Both the position numbers and the translations under genes were made by a program. Shown one piece after another: positions 9,623-19,088 of a stretch of 64,000 bases of DNA (position 1 is the first letter of the stretch; each line of letters begins with the position of its first letter). The notes below the pieces were generated by a model. The model was not told where the DNA came from. It worked only from the letters and a program-made list of their open reading frames with translations, and searched no databases. The stretch covers positions 115,927 to 179,926 of the forward strand of contig CAYXGI010000002.1 in the NCBI GenBank assembly GCA_964464495.1. The letters are read 5' to 3'. Origin of the DNA: an uncultured Phycisphaerales bacterium (lineage in GTDB: Bacteria > Planctomycetota > B15-G4 > CAYZWU01).

Positions 9623-11371
9623 TCATTGTGCAGCCCGCGCCTTCTTCCGTGTGATCTGCCAGACCGTACCGGCCAGGAAATAAACGAGGGTGGGCGCGAT
9701 CAGCCATTTCTTGAACCACACCATGCTCTCTTGATAAGAACTGTAATCCGTAAAATAGACGATGCAGGGCATCGCGATGCACGCACCAAGTGCTGCCAGT
9801 GCCAACAGGCAGCTCACACGCGAGACAGACAAACTCTGCCACCTTGCACTCGCCGTCGAAGACGGCACACTCGCCGCAGGCCGGGACGTGTCGCCTCCAG
9901 TGAGGTCTTCCACGCGATCACGATGATTTTTTCCCTCGTCGAATTCGCTCTTCCGTGCGCCGGCAACTGCAGCCAGGGCGATATAGACGAAAACGGTGAG
10001 GATGTAGACAGGCAGAAAGAGAAAGAAGAGGTGGACCGTGTCAGTAAGCCAGAGACCGAGTGCAAGCGCCATCCCAGATGCCCAGGCAACGAGCGCGGGC
10101 CAGTTCAAGCTCTGGCCGAGTGATGAGGACCAGTACCTTTTCAAGCCGATCCTCGGAAAGATCCAGTGTTCGGTCACCACGATCGCTCCGGCAGGAACGA
10201 GCAGAAGCCCGTAGAGCCCCACAAAATTCAACAGCTCCTTGAATACGAACGGAAAGCAGGCGATCACCGTGGTAATCGTCCCGGCCACGAGCGTCACCGC
10301 CCAGCGGGGCCAATTGGGAGTGACGGCCTGCAAGGCGAGGCCGGCCCGGTACAACGTCGGATTGGATGTGGTCCAGCCTGCGATGACCACGGCCACCGCG
10401 CCGGCCACGCCGAGTACCGAGTATGCGACTGCACCCGAATCGAGCTCGGTCAATGGGGTATCGAGGATCAGGGCCGCTCCGGCACCCATCACGCCGGCCC
10501 AGATCCAGGCCAGGTAGTGGCCGAGAAACATTCCGAAGAACGAGAACAACCCATAGGCGGAGTGCCGCGCGTATCGAAAGAGAGCCATGTCCGAGAGGCC
10601 CATGTGCATGGCAAGGTTGCAGATCCACGCGAAGGCGGCCACATGCCAGAAACCTATCTCAGGCGGCCCGCCGCCCGGAACCCGGCCGGTCCAGACAGCT
10701 TTCTGCCCCATCTCCCAGAAACGGGCGAGACTGTTCACGGGCCCCACGCCCGTCTCCGCGCCCAGCCGCGGAAGCATCACCAGAAAGCCGGCCAGAAACA
10801 TGATCAGCATCCACGGGGCGCAGACCGACGCAAAGGTCGCCAGCCTCTTGAAACCCGCGATCGCAAGAACGACCACCACGGCGCCGACGAGCAGCACGAC
10901 GAGCACAAAACCCCAGTGCGTGGGATACCACTCGGTCTGGCGCGGGATCTGGTCGAACAGAAGACGCACGGCCGAAGCCGACACGGTGATCATGCATCCG
11001 GCCAGAATACAGAAGAGCACCGCGTTGAGCACATTGTAGATGAGCGTCAGGACCGGTCCTCCGATCTTGCGCAAATACCAGTAGAGGGTCATCCGCGTCT
11101 CGACCGCGATCGGTGCGCAGACGAGCGCCCAACTGAGAACGGCGAGAAGATTGCCGATGGCGAGCCCCACCACCACATCCATTACCGACGCGCCCCACGT
11201 CACGAAGAGAGCGCCGATGACGAATTCCGTGGCAGCCACATGTTCGCCGGCGAAAGAACCGGCGAAATATCCACCCCCGCAGAGCCGGTTCTCGCTCACC
11301 GGCGCGCGGTCGAATTCATAGAGAGAGTCGAGGCGCTTGATCGCACCGCTCGTGGATGTTCGATTACCCAT
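9623..11371 (-). CDS. Polytopic membrane permease, probably NCS1-like (nucleobase/hydantoin:cation symporter family), with an extra C-terminal pair of TM helices.
   Basis: 582 aa with about 12 or more hydrophobic helices. The N-terminal ...ENRLCGGGYFAGSFAGEHVAATEFVIGALF... region resembles NCS1 signature regions. The family call is tentative. Confidence 0.5.
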   Translation of the reverse strand: MGNRTSTSGAIKRLDSLYEFDRAPVSENRLCGGGYFAGSFAGEHVAATEFVIGALFVTWGASVMDVVVGLAIGNLLAVLSWALVCAPIAVETRMTLYWYLRKIGGPVLTLIYNVLNAVLFCILAGCMITVSASAVRLLFDQIPRQTEWYPTHWGFVLVVLLVGAVVVVLAIAGFKRLATFASVCAPWMLIMFLAGFLVMLPRLGAETGVGPVNSLARFWEMGQKAVWTGRVPGGGPPEIGFWHVAAFAWICNLAMHMGLSDMALFRYARHSAYGLFSFFGMFLGHYLAWIWAGVMGAGAALILDTPLTELDSGAVAYSVLGVAGAVAVVIAGWTTSNPTLYRAGLALQAVTPNWPRWAVTLVAGTITTVIACFPFVFKELLNFVGLYGLLLVPAGAIVVTEHWIFPRIGLKRYWSSSLGQSLNWPALVAWASGMALALGLWLTDTVHLFFLFLPVYILTVFVYIALAAVAGARKSEFDEGKNHRDRVEDLTGGDTSRPAASVPSSTASARWQSLSVSRVSCLLALAALGACIAMPCIVYFTDYSSYQESMVWFKKWLIAPTLVYFLAGTVWQITRKKARAAQ

Positions 11372-11397
11372 GGCGTCTGTTCCTCACCTGCCGGCAA

Positions 11398-14300
11398 TCA
11401 TTTTCCGGCCGATTCAAAAGGTGCGCTGAAAGCGTACGTACCTGATTCCGCCTCCACCCAGAGCGCGCCCGGCTCGGCGTCGGCCGGTGTCAGGCCTTCG
11501 ACATCATCGAGCCCCATTCCACCTTCGCGCACACCGGCGGGATCGGACGTGGGAATCCTCACACGAGCGGTTGTGTTGGCGGGCACGGTCACGCGAAGAT
11601 GAAAGACACCGTCTTCGATGCGCCACTCCGACTCGATCGTCCCCCTGATCGAGTCGTAGGCGCCCGAAACCCAGCTGAAGCCGGGACCGGGCCGGGGACT
11701 GATGGTGAAACGTTTGAAACCGCATGCGGTCTCGTCGAGATCGATTCCCACGATCCGGCTCCAGATCCACTCCCCCACGGCGCCGAACATGTAATGGTTG
11801 AAGGAGTTCATGCCGGGCGTGGCGAAACCGCGGCCCTCCACGTAGCCGTCCCACCGCTCCCAGATCGTGGTGGCGCCCTGCTCGATCATGTAGCCCCAGG
11901 ACGGCGGTGTGCGAAGGTTGATCAGGCGGCATGCCTCGTGATGATGACCGAATTCGCTCAGCACCCGCATGAGGCGGTAAGCGGTATGAAAGCCGGTTGA
12001 CAGATGGCCCTGATAACGTTCGATCGCAGCGAGGAGATGCTTCAGCGCCCCGGCCCGCAGCGGTTCGTCGAGCAGATCCATGTCGAGGGCGAGAGCATAA
12101 CCGGCCTGGGTGTCTCCCTCGATACGGCCCGATTCATCAACGTAGGCCTCGTTGAAAGCGGCCCGGATACTCTCGGCGAGTGTACCGTAGCGGCGCGCCT
12201 CGGCGTCGCGACCCACGATGCGCGCCATCTCGGCCACCATCCGTGTGGAGTCGGCAAAGAACGCCGTGGCAAAGACCTCCTTGGGAACGGCATTTCCTTC
12301 CTGCGGAAAGCCCTCGATGCGCACACTGTCCCCGTTGACCCAGTCGCCATAGTCGTTGCCCCGTCCCTCGATCCAGAGGAGGTCGGGATTCTGGCCGTGG
12401 ATCGAGTCGATCCAGCGGCGTGCGGCTTCGAAGTGTTCGGCCAGAACGCGCTCGTCGCCGTAGTAGCGGTAAAGGCGCCAGGGGATCACGATCCCCGCGT
12501 CACCCCAGGCGGGCACACCGCAAAACTCGCCCGTATCGCGTTTCGCCCCGAGCGGCGCGAAATCGGGAAAACGACCGTCCTCGTGCTGGGCGTCGCGCAG
12601 GTCGTGCACATACTTGGTGAAGAAGGCGGCGAGATCCATGTTGAAGATCGCCGCCTCGGAAAAGGCCAGAATGTCTCCGGTCCAGCCAAGGCGTTCGTCG
12701 CGCTGGGGGCAATCAGTGGGAATTCCAGTCAGGTTTCCCCGCTGGCCCCAGAGGATGTTCTCCATGAGCTGGTTGACAAGCGTGTTCGAGCTCTGAAATC
12801 GACCGGTCTCGGGAGCGAGCGTGTGCATGGGAAGTCCGACGAGGTCGCCCAGCGACGGCCTGCCCGCCGCACCGGTCATTTCCACGTAGCGGAAGCCGTG
12901 GAAGGTGAACCGGGGCTCGAAGACCTCCTCGCCGCGGCCGTCGAGAATAAAAGTGTCCGTCGCTGCTGCCTGACGCAAGTTGTCCCTGTAGATCGTCCCG
13001 TCGGAATTGAGTCTTTCAGCATGGCGCAGGGTGATCGCCGTGCCGGCCGGGCCGCGCGCTTTGAGTCGGCACACTCCAACCATGTTTTGCCCCAGGTCGA
13101 AGACAAAGAGACCCGGTCTGGGTTCGGTGAGCCGCTCGGGAACGATCTCTCGCACGATGCCGATCGGCTGGCATCGCTGCCAGACCAGTTCGACCTTCTC
13201 TTCAAGTGGCGACAGGGTCACGGGATTCCAGTACTTTTCACCCATGGCGACTCCGACCCATTCGGTCATCGCACGGCGATTGTCGATCGTCTCCCCGTCG
13301 TAGATGCCCGCGGCCCTGACCGCTCCCGCGCGCGTTCCGCGCCACGAGGCATCGGTGGCCACCACGTCGCGCCGCCCGTCGGCGAATTCGATCTCGAGCT
13401 GCATCAGGAGGGAGGGATTCTCGCCGTACAACCTGGGTTGAGAGAAACCGATCCGGCCCGCGAACCACCCTTCGGCAACGGTGGCCGTGAGAAAGTTTGT
13501 CGATCCGGCCGACAGCATCCCTGTCACGTCGAAGGTCTGGTACTGGATGCGGCGATCGTATTCGGTCCATTCCGGCGCGAGAACGTTGGCGCCCACCTTG
13601 CGTCCGTTGAGTGCGAGCTCGTAGATTCCCTGGGCTGTAACGTAGATCGTGGCGCGATTCACGACGCCGTCGGCAACTTCAAATCGACGGCAGAGTTCGA
13701 CCGCGCTCCGGGCCTTCAGAAGACCCTGATCGAGCTCGCCCCATGGCTCATCGCCGTAAGCGCCGACCGTGGCGGGCGATTCCCATGAACCGTCGTCATA
13801 ATCGATCGACGTCCAGTCCTTGCTCTCCGCGTCGAGACCGGCAGTTTCAGCGTCGACGCAGCGCCACGAACCGTCGTCGACTATTCTTGACTTCCCCGAG
13901 CCGGGGGGGCCATTGACCTCCATGCCGACGAGCAGGCCGCAGGGGCCGGCGCCGTTGCGCGCCTCGACGGCGATCACGTTCCGACCCGGCACGATTCCCT
14001 CTCCCTGCACGAGCGCGTAGGTCTCGGCCGTGCCCCATTGGTCATCGCTGCCGCATTCGGCACCGTTCACAAACAGACGGTAGTGGTCGTCGGCGGTCAT
14101 GGTCAGCGAGAGCTTGATCTCCCCGGGATCGAGATTCACTTCGCAGCGGAAGCAGACACGGGCCCCGTCGCCCTTGCTTTCGGGATGCCAGATCCAGCGG
14201 CGCAACGTGGAAGCGGCCTTTTCCTTTTCCGCGATCTGGGGAAGGGTGATCCACTCCGCCTTCCAGTCGGCTCGATCGAGCAAGCCCATCGTCCAGTGAC

Positions 14301-14760
14301 CGGGCCGGCTCCATTCCGACGGTTGGCCTTGCGTGTCCCAGACACGCGCCTTCCACCAGCACTGCTGCCTCGAGAGGAGCGGTTTTCCATCGTAGACCAG
14401 ATGAAGCGTCCTGTCGGAGAGAACCTTGCCGCTGTCCCACAGAGTGCCCTCGTCGAGGGTCAGGTCACGGAGGCTCGGTGCCACGAGCACCCGATAGGCG
14501 GTCTGAGCCTGTGCGCGCTGTTCGGACTCGACGATCCAGCTCAGCCGCGGCGCCGCAACGTCAACGCCGCGAGGATCGATCCTGTACTCGCAGCGCAGAG
14601 CGGCGGGACGCAGGACTCCGATGGCCCTGTCGGCCGCGCCTTCATCAACGGCATTGGTGGGAGGACGATCATCTGCAGGCGTGAAGCACGATCCCTGAAA
14701 CACGGTCACGGCCCACAACAGAAACAGGATGATCAAAATTTCAGTTTTTCTGATTCGCAT
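11398..14760 (-). CDS. Alpha-L-rhamnosidase, glycoside hydrolase family 78 (1120 aa). Signal peptide.
   Basis: N-terminal LRCEYRIDPRGVDVAAPRLSW is the GH78 N-domain signature. The catalytic-domain signature TDCPQRDERLGWTGD is present in the (alpha/alpha)6 domain. Confidence 0.9.
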   Translation of the reverse strand: MRIRKTEILIILFLLWAVTVFQGSCFTPADDRPPTNAVDEGAADRAIGVLRPAALRCEYRIDPRGVDVAAPRLSWIVESEQRAQAQTAYRVLVAPSLRDLTLDEGTLWDSGKVLSDRTLHLVYDGKPLLSRQQCWWKARVWDTQGQPSEWSRPGHWTMGLLDRADWKAEWITLPQIAEKEKAASTLRRWIWHPESKGDGARVCFRCEVNLDPGEIKLSLTMTADDHYRLFVNGAECGSDDQWGTAETYALVQGEGIVPGRNVIAVEARNGAGPCGLLVGMEVNGPPGSGKSRIVDDGSWRCVDAETAGLDAESKDWTSIDYDDGSWESPATVGAYGDEPWGELDQGLLKARSAVELCRRFEVADGVVNRATIYVTAQGIYELALNGRKVGANVLAPEWTEYDRRIQYQTFDVTGMLSAGSTNFLTATVAEGWFAGRIGFSQPRLYGENPSLLMQLEIEFADGRRDVVATDASWRGTRAGAVRAAGIYDGETIDNRRAMTEWVGVAMGEKYWNPVTLSPLEEKVELVWQRCQPIGIVREIVPERLTEPRPGLFVFDLGQNMVGVCRLKARGPAGTAITLRHAERLNSDGTIYRDNLRQAAATDTFILDGRGEEVFEPRFTFHGFRYVEMTGAAGRPSLGDLVGLPMHTLAPETGRFQSSNTLVNQLMENILWGQRGNLTGIPTDCPQRDERLGWTGDILAFSEAAIFNMDLAAFFTKYVHDLRDAQHEDGRFPDFAPLGAKRDTGEFCGVPAWGDAGIVIPWRLYRYYGDERVLAEHFEAARRWIDSIHGQNPDLLWIEGRGNDYGDWVNGDSVRIEGFPQEGNAVPKEVFATAFFADSTRMVAEMARIVGRDAEARRYGTLAESIRAAFNEAYVDESGRIEGDTQAGYALALDMDLLDEPLRAGALKHLLAAIERYQGHLSTGFHTAYRLMRVLSEFGHHHEACRLINLRTPPSWGYMIEQGATTIWERWDGYVEGRGFATPGMNSFNHYMFGAVGEWIWSRIVGIDLDETACGFKRFTISPRPGPGFSWVSGAYDSIRGTIESEWRIEDGVFHLRVTVPANTTARVRIPTSDPAGVREGGMGLDDVEGLTPADAEPGALWVEAESGTYAFSAPFESAGK

Positions 14761-14775
14761 AGAAGATTCCGCAGA

Positions 14776-15546
14776 TCAAAGTGATTTTCCGAGACGCCGC
14801 TCGAGGTCGGGACGGTACTTGCGGCTCAGCCTGAGCTTTTCACCGTTTCGCAGCACGACCATGAACTCGTTGTTGAAGGTCGGCAGGAGCTCTTTTATAT
14901 CGTCGAAGTTCACCATTGTCGATCGGTGAATGCGCACGAACCGATCGAGAGGCAATCGCCGCTCCATGCCGCTCATCGTCTCGCGCATGAGGTAGAGATC
15001 GTCGCGCGTGTGAATGCGCACGTAGTTGCCTGCCGCCTCGATCCACACGATCCGGTCGGCGGGAACAAAAATGACCTTGCCTTCCGTCTTGACCAGGAGT
15101 TTCTCCCGCGCGCGCTGATCGGCTTTCATGTTGTTGATCAGCGCGACGAGTTCGGTCCTCGCCCGGCCCGCGCGCGCCTGGTCGACCTGCTTGCGGGCTC
15201 GTTCGAGGGCCGTGGAGAAACGCCCGCTGTCGAAAGGTTTGAGAAGGTAATCGAGTGCGTGCACCTCGAAGGCTTTCACCGCGTACCGGTCGTAGGCCGT
15301 GACGAAAACCACTGACGGCAGGCGGTCCTGGTCGAGAGCGGCGAGGACATCAAAGCCGTCGACGGCAGGCATCTGGACGTCGAGAAAGACCAGGTCGGGA
15401 GCGAGCCTCTCGATCGCATCGATCGCCTCGTTCCCGTTCTCGCACTCGGCCAGAATCTCGAAGTCGCTCTCATGGCCCAGGAGCGTACGAATCCGCTCCC
15501 GCGCCAGGGGTTCATCATCAACGATGATCGCTCTGATTCGATCCAT
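14776..15546 (-). CDS. LytTR-family response regulator (receiver plus LytTR DNA-binding domain).
   Basis: MDRIRAIIVDDEPLARERIRTLL...DLVFLDVQMP is a receiver domain. The C-terminal LytTR domain reads ...IVWIEAAGNYVRIHT.... The ORF track extends it to a TTG at 15600 that overlaps the HK stop. The ATG at 15546 gives the canonical MxxIRxIIVDDE start. The alternative start is uncertain. Confidence 0.85.
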   Translation of the reverse strand: MDRIRAIIVDDEPLARERIRTLLGHESDFEILAECENGNEAIDAIERLAPDLVFLDVQMPAVDGFDVLAALDQDRLPSVVFVTAYDRYAVKAFEVHALDYLLKPFDSGRFSTALERARKQVDQARAGRARTELVALINNMKADQRAREKLLVKTEGKVIFVPADRIVWIEAAGNYVRIHTRDDLYLMRETMSGMERRLPLDRFVRIHRSTMVNFDDIKELLPTFNNEFMVVLRNGEKLRLSRKYRPDLERRLGKSL

Positions 15547-15596
15547 GTTATCTCGTCCAACCGTCATTTCAGTACGCCCGCGCCCCCCCGGCCCGC

Positions 15597-16721
15597 TCAA
15601 GAAAGACTAACAGTGTGAAAGGGAATCGTCATCTGCACGACAAGGCCGCCCCCCTCGGGTCTTCTGAATGCGAGGCGGCCTTCCGAACCGTAGAGCTGTT
15701 CCAGACGGGCCCGCGTATTGGCCAGACCGGTCCGCGAGACAGGGCTGTCGCCGCCCTCGGGAAAACCGGGCCCGTTGTCGCCCACCTCGATCTGGAGCGC
15801 CCCGTTCCGCTTTCTGGCGTGCAGAAATATCCGTCCCTGGGACACGATCTTGCTGATGCCGTGATTGACCGCGTTCTCGACGATCGGCTGAAGAATGAGG
15901 TTCGGCACAAAAGCGCCCTGGGTTTCGGGCGCGATGTCGAAGTCGACCACGAGGCGGTCGCCGAACCTGATCTGTTCGATGTCGAGATACCGTTTCAGAA
16001 AGTCGAGCTCCTGGCGCATCGGCACCTCGTGCTCGTCGTTCGCATCGAGAGAGAGGCGGAGAAGGTCGCTCAGCTTGATGATCATCGTCTCTGCAGCGTC
16101 GATGTCGCGGTGCATGAGCGTCGAGATGGCGTGCAGCGTATTGAAGAGAAAGTGAGGGTGCAGCTGCATCTTGAGCATGTCGAGCTGAGCGCGCGCGAGG
16201 CGCACCTCGAGCTGGCTCGCCCGCACCTCGCGTTCGCGATAGAGCCGGTAATAATCGAGCCCGTGGAAGGCGGCCGCAAAGGCCAGATAGGTGATGCATC
16301 CCATGAGTAGGGGGCCGATCCCGATCGGCATGATCTCCATTCCGAAATTACTCTTCATCAGAACCGACTGGATGAGCCTGACCGCTTCGCCCACGACCAC
16401 ACCGCACAACGTGTGGACGGTCAAAGGCAGTCGCCACGCGCCCTTCAGGATCGTGAAGCGCCGGCAGAGGATCAACATGAGCGGCGTCGCCGCAATCCAC
16501 GGACTCCACCAGCAGAAAGACTTTTGCAGCTCGAGCAGGTAGTCGCAATCCTTGTCGCCCCGCGTGAATGCCTCGTAGTAGGTCGTGGCGAAACCGACGG
16601 CCAGAACCGTACAGCAGAGAGAGACGAGACCGAGAGCGATGAGGTGGGCTCTGACGGAGATACTCCGGCGGGGTGCTTCTTGGTCGACACTTTCGGGCAT
16701 GTGATTCATGACGCGACTCAT
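15597..16721 (-). CDS. Sensor histidine kinase of the His_kinase (PF06580) / LytS-AlgZ type: 4 TM helices plus HATPase.
   Basis: LKMQLHPHFLFNTLHAISTLM is the PF06580 H-box. The ATPase has ...IVENAVNHGIS...DNGPGF.... It overlaps the response-regulator gene by 4 bp. The ORF track runs to 17561, but the upstream 280 aa are the shadow of the plus-strand gene. The ATG at 16721 has GGCGAGGAGATAAC immediately upstream (AGGAGA SD, 6-nt spacing). Confidence 0.85.
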   Translation of the reverse strand: MSRVMNHMPESVDQEAPRRSISVRAHLIALGLVSLCCTVLAVGFATTYYEAFTRGDKDCDYLLELQKSFCWWSPWIAATPLMLILCRRFTILKGAWRLPLTVHTLCGVVVGEAVRLIQSVLMKSNFGMEIMPIGIGPLLMGCITYLAFAAAFHGLDYYRLYREREVRASQLEVRLARAQLDMLKMQLHPHFLFNTLHAISTLMHRDIDAAETMIIKLSDLLRLSLDANDEHEVPMRQELDFLKRYLDIEQIRFGDRLVVDFDIAPETQGAFVPNLILQPIVENAVNHGISKIVSQGRIFLHARKRNGALQIEVGDNGPGFPEGGDSPVSRTGLANTRARLEQLYGSEGRLAFRRPEGGGLVVQMTIPFHTVSLS

Positions 16722-16862
16722 GTTATCTCCTCGCCTTGCCGGGGGCAATCTGCATCTGTGGATTGAATCTTGCGGCACTGTGGGAGGAAGGGTAGTCTGG
16801 TCGATCACCCGATCGGCAGCGATCGGGACCCGGGCGAGAGAACCATTCACAGAGGATGCATC

Positions 16863-18131
16863 ATGAACACTCCCTTCGTTTCGGCGCTCCTTGCGGCGAG
16901 TTTCTTTTTCGCGAACCTTTCCATCTCGTGCGAAGAGCCGATCGAACAGGAGCTGGTCGATCTCTGCAGTCAATGGCTCGACGATTACTCGAATGGCCGT
17001 GCCGACCGCGTGGAGGCCCGCTTTGCGCCGGGCGCCGTGGTCGCCATCGATGCGGCGGACAGTGACACGCAGAGAGTCATGTCTGCCGCTGACTTCATGG
17101 GCCTCATGCGCAAGAGCCTCGAAGAAGGAAAAACCTTCCGCGAGTGGCTCACCGGTAAACCAACGGTGCTCGTCGATCACAAGATCGCCACGGTGTGGGC
17201 GCCCTACGCCGTCGAATCGCCGGGCCGGAAAGCGACCGGAGTCGATGTATTCCAGTTCGTGTACGTCGACGGCGCATGGAAGATCGTGAGCCTCTCCTAC
17301 ACGAACAGAAAAATCGCCCCCAAGAGCTCCGCGTCCCCCACCGATTCGCGTGAGCCGAATCCCGCCGAACTCGGCCGCGTCGAATGGAGTGGCGATCTCG
17401 ACGCCTCTCTCGAGAAAGCCAGGGCGACGGGGAAGCCGGTGCTCCTTCTCTTCCAGGAAATTCCCGGGTGAGCCACGTGCGTGCGCTTCGGTCAGAAGCC
17501 CCTCTCGCACCCCTTGCTCGTCGATGCCATGGAAAATGAGTTCATCCCGGTGGCTGTCCACAACAACCGCGAGGGTAAGGACGCAACCATTCTCGTGCGT
17601 TTCGGCGAGCCGGCCTGGAACAACCCGGTCCTTCGTTTTCTCGACGCAGAGGGCCGGGACATCGTGCCGCGCCGCGATCGGATCCGGTCGTCGGAAGACG
17701 TGGCGACGCGGCTTGTCGAGGTGCTTGTCGCCGCGGGCCGCGAGGTTCCCGATTACCTGCGGCTCGCGCTACGCGAGCTCGAGTGCGCCTCGACGGACCT
17801 TGCGATCGCGCCCGGACAACCGGTTCCGATCGGATCGAAGATCAGAGACGCAAAGCCGTCGGACGACAAGTACAGGTTCAAGGAGACCGCCTTGCGTTTC
17901 GTCCCCCTCACACCGATGCAGGCGACCGAGATCAACGCATCCCTCGGAAGGAAAGAGGATCCTCTGCACTGGCTCAGCCCGAGGCAGAGAGTGCTCGCGA
18001 AAAAGATCGAAGCCGCTATTAAAAACAAACCAAATGTTCTCGACCATCTCGAGCCTCCCAGGTCGACCGATGGCCTGGCTGCCTACGAGAAAGAACTTCT
18101 GGCTGCTCTCGCGGCCGTTGCCGAAAAATGA
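16863..18131 (+). CDS. Candidate selenoprotein: a secreted NTF2-like domain fused to a thioredoxin-like domain, with an in-frame UGA (17469-17471) at the redox motif (U-A-T-C).
   Basis: ORFs 16770..17471 and 17481..18131 are in the same frame and are separated only by a TGA. A conserved thioredoxin_7-like block spans the TGA: WSGDLDASLEKARATGKPVLLLFQEIPG-[TGA]-ATCVRFGQKPLSHPLLVDAMENEFIPVAV. The downstream ORF begins only with GTG and has no SD. The probable true start is ATG 16863 (MNTPFVSALLAASFFFANLSISC signal), with AGAGGA upstream. A SECIS-like hairpin lies at 17485-17499. Confidence 0.55.
17472..17500 (+). promoter_or_regulatory. Putative bacterial SECIS element: stem GCUUC/GAAGC with apical loop GGUCA, immediately 3' of the in-frame UGA.
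   Basis: After UGA there are 13 nt of spacer, then GCTTC (17485-89), GGTCA (17490-94) and GAAGC (17495-99). The loop G-G-U sits at +19/+20/+21 from the UGA. As I recall it, this is the same position and loop sequence (GGUC) as the E. coli fdhF SECIS. Confidence 0.45.
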
Positions 18132-18137
18132 AACACC

Positions 18138-19058
18138 ATGCGCACAATCGGTAAGCTGGATAGTGAAGAGCAGGCCAGAACCCTCGGTGACTTTCTTCTC
18201 GTTGAAGGCATCGAAAACGAGATCGATCAAGATGGCGACCGGTCGTGGACGATCTGGGTTCATTCCGAGGACCAGATCGACAGCGCGCGCCAGATCCTCG
18301 ACCGGTTCGCGCGTAATCCCGATGCAGCCGAGTTCTCGAGTGCGGCCTCGACAGCGCGCGCTCTCAAACGCCGGGAGAAACGAAAGACGGCACGCTCGCG
18401 CACGCGCTTTGTCGACGTGCGCACCACCTGGTCATCGGCCACCGTACTGAGACCGGGTCCCCTGACACTCGGCTTCATCGGGGCGAGTCTCGTCGTGGCC
18501 GTGCTCTCCCGGCTCGGCGGCAACGAGGATGTCGTGCAACACCTCGCCATCACCAGCCACGAGGTGGCGGGCGGCTACATCAGATGGATCAAGGGCCTGC
18601 GCGAGATCATGAGCGGAGAGGTCTGGCGCCTCTTCACACCGATCTTTCTTCACTTCACGATCCTCCATCTGCTCTTCAACATGCTCTGGCTCAAGGACCT
18701 GGGGAGCATGATCGAGTCGCGACAGGGATCATGGCGTCTCACGGCGCTCATCGTCGTTATCGCCGCTCTCTCCAACGTGGGGCAGTACTACATGGAAGGC
18801 CCCCGGTTCGGCGGCATGTCGGGCGTCGTCTACGGTCTGCTCGGGTATATCTGGATTCGGGGCAAGTTCGATCCCGCCTCGGGCTACTTTCTCCCGCGGT
18901 GGATCATCGTGATGATGATGGGTTGGTTTGTTCTCTGCTTCGTCGGCGTCATCCCGAACATCGCCAACACCGCTCACGGCGTGGGGCTTCTCGTGGGTGC
19001 GATCTGGGGATTCATTTCTTCCGGACGACTTCGGTCTTCCGGAAGACTCTGGAAATGA
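18138..19058 (+). CDS. Rhomboid-family intramembrane serine protease (GlpG-like), with an N-terminal cytoplasmic domain.
   Basis: GMSGVVYGLLG has the GxSG catalytic Ser. AHGVGLLVGAIWG has the catalytic His. There are 6 TM segments. It starts 6 bp after the selenoprotein-candidate stop. Confidence 0.85.
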   Translation: MRTIGKLDSEEQARTLGDFLLVEGIENEIDQDGDRSWTIWVHSEDQIDSARQILDRFARNPDAAEFSSAASTARALKRREKRKTARSRTRFVDVRTTWSSATVLRPGPLTLGFIGASLVVAVLSRLGGNEDVVQHLAITSHEVAGGYIRWIKGLREIMSGEVWRLFTPIFLHFTILHLLFNMLWLKDLGSMIESRQGSWRLTALIVVIAALSNVGQYYMEGPRFGGMSGVVYGLLGYIWIRGKFDPASGYFLPRWIIVMMMGWFVLCFVGVIPNIANTAHGVGLLVGAIWGFISSGRLRSSGRLWK

Positions 19059-19088
19059 ACCGATCGTCCAAGGGCTGCGTCCAAGCGA

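Noticed and set aside
10166-11602. 478-aa plus-strand ORF opposite the permease gene, and similar long antisense ORFs opposite the GH78, GH2, sulfatase and PhoD genes (e.g. 12004..13788, 19500..21038, 27242..29572, 33548..35329, 41962..43275)
   Set aside because: Their composition is His/Arg/Asp/Gly/Pro-rich low-complexity sequence typical of antisense frames in high-GC DNA. The opposite-strand genes have clear family signatures.
15597-17561. 654-aa minus-strand ORF suggesting a much longer histidine kinase
   Set aside because: The first 280 aa have no domain features and exactly overlie the plus-strand NTF2/thioredoxin gene, so they are a GC-rich shadow. An internal ATG at 16721 has a strong AGGAGA SD and begins the TM region of the kinase.
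17481-18131. Treating 17481..18131 as an independent gene starting at GTG
   Set aside because: There is no SD. The start would sit 9 nt after the upstream TGA in the same frame and would cut the thioredoxin-like fold just after the redox motif. Readthrough (Sec) or a sequencing error at the TGA are the more coherent explanations, and the sequencing-error alternative remains open.
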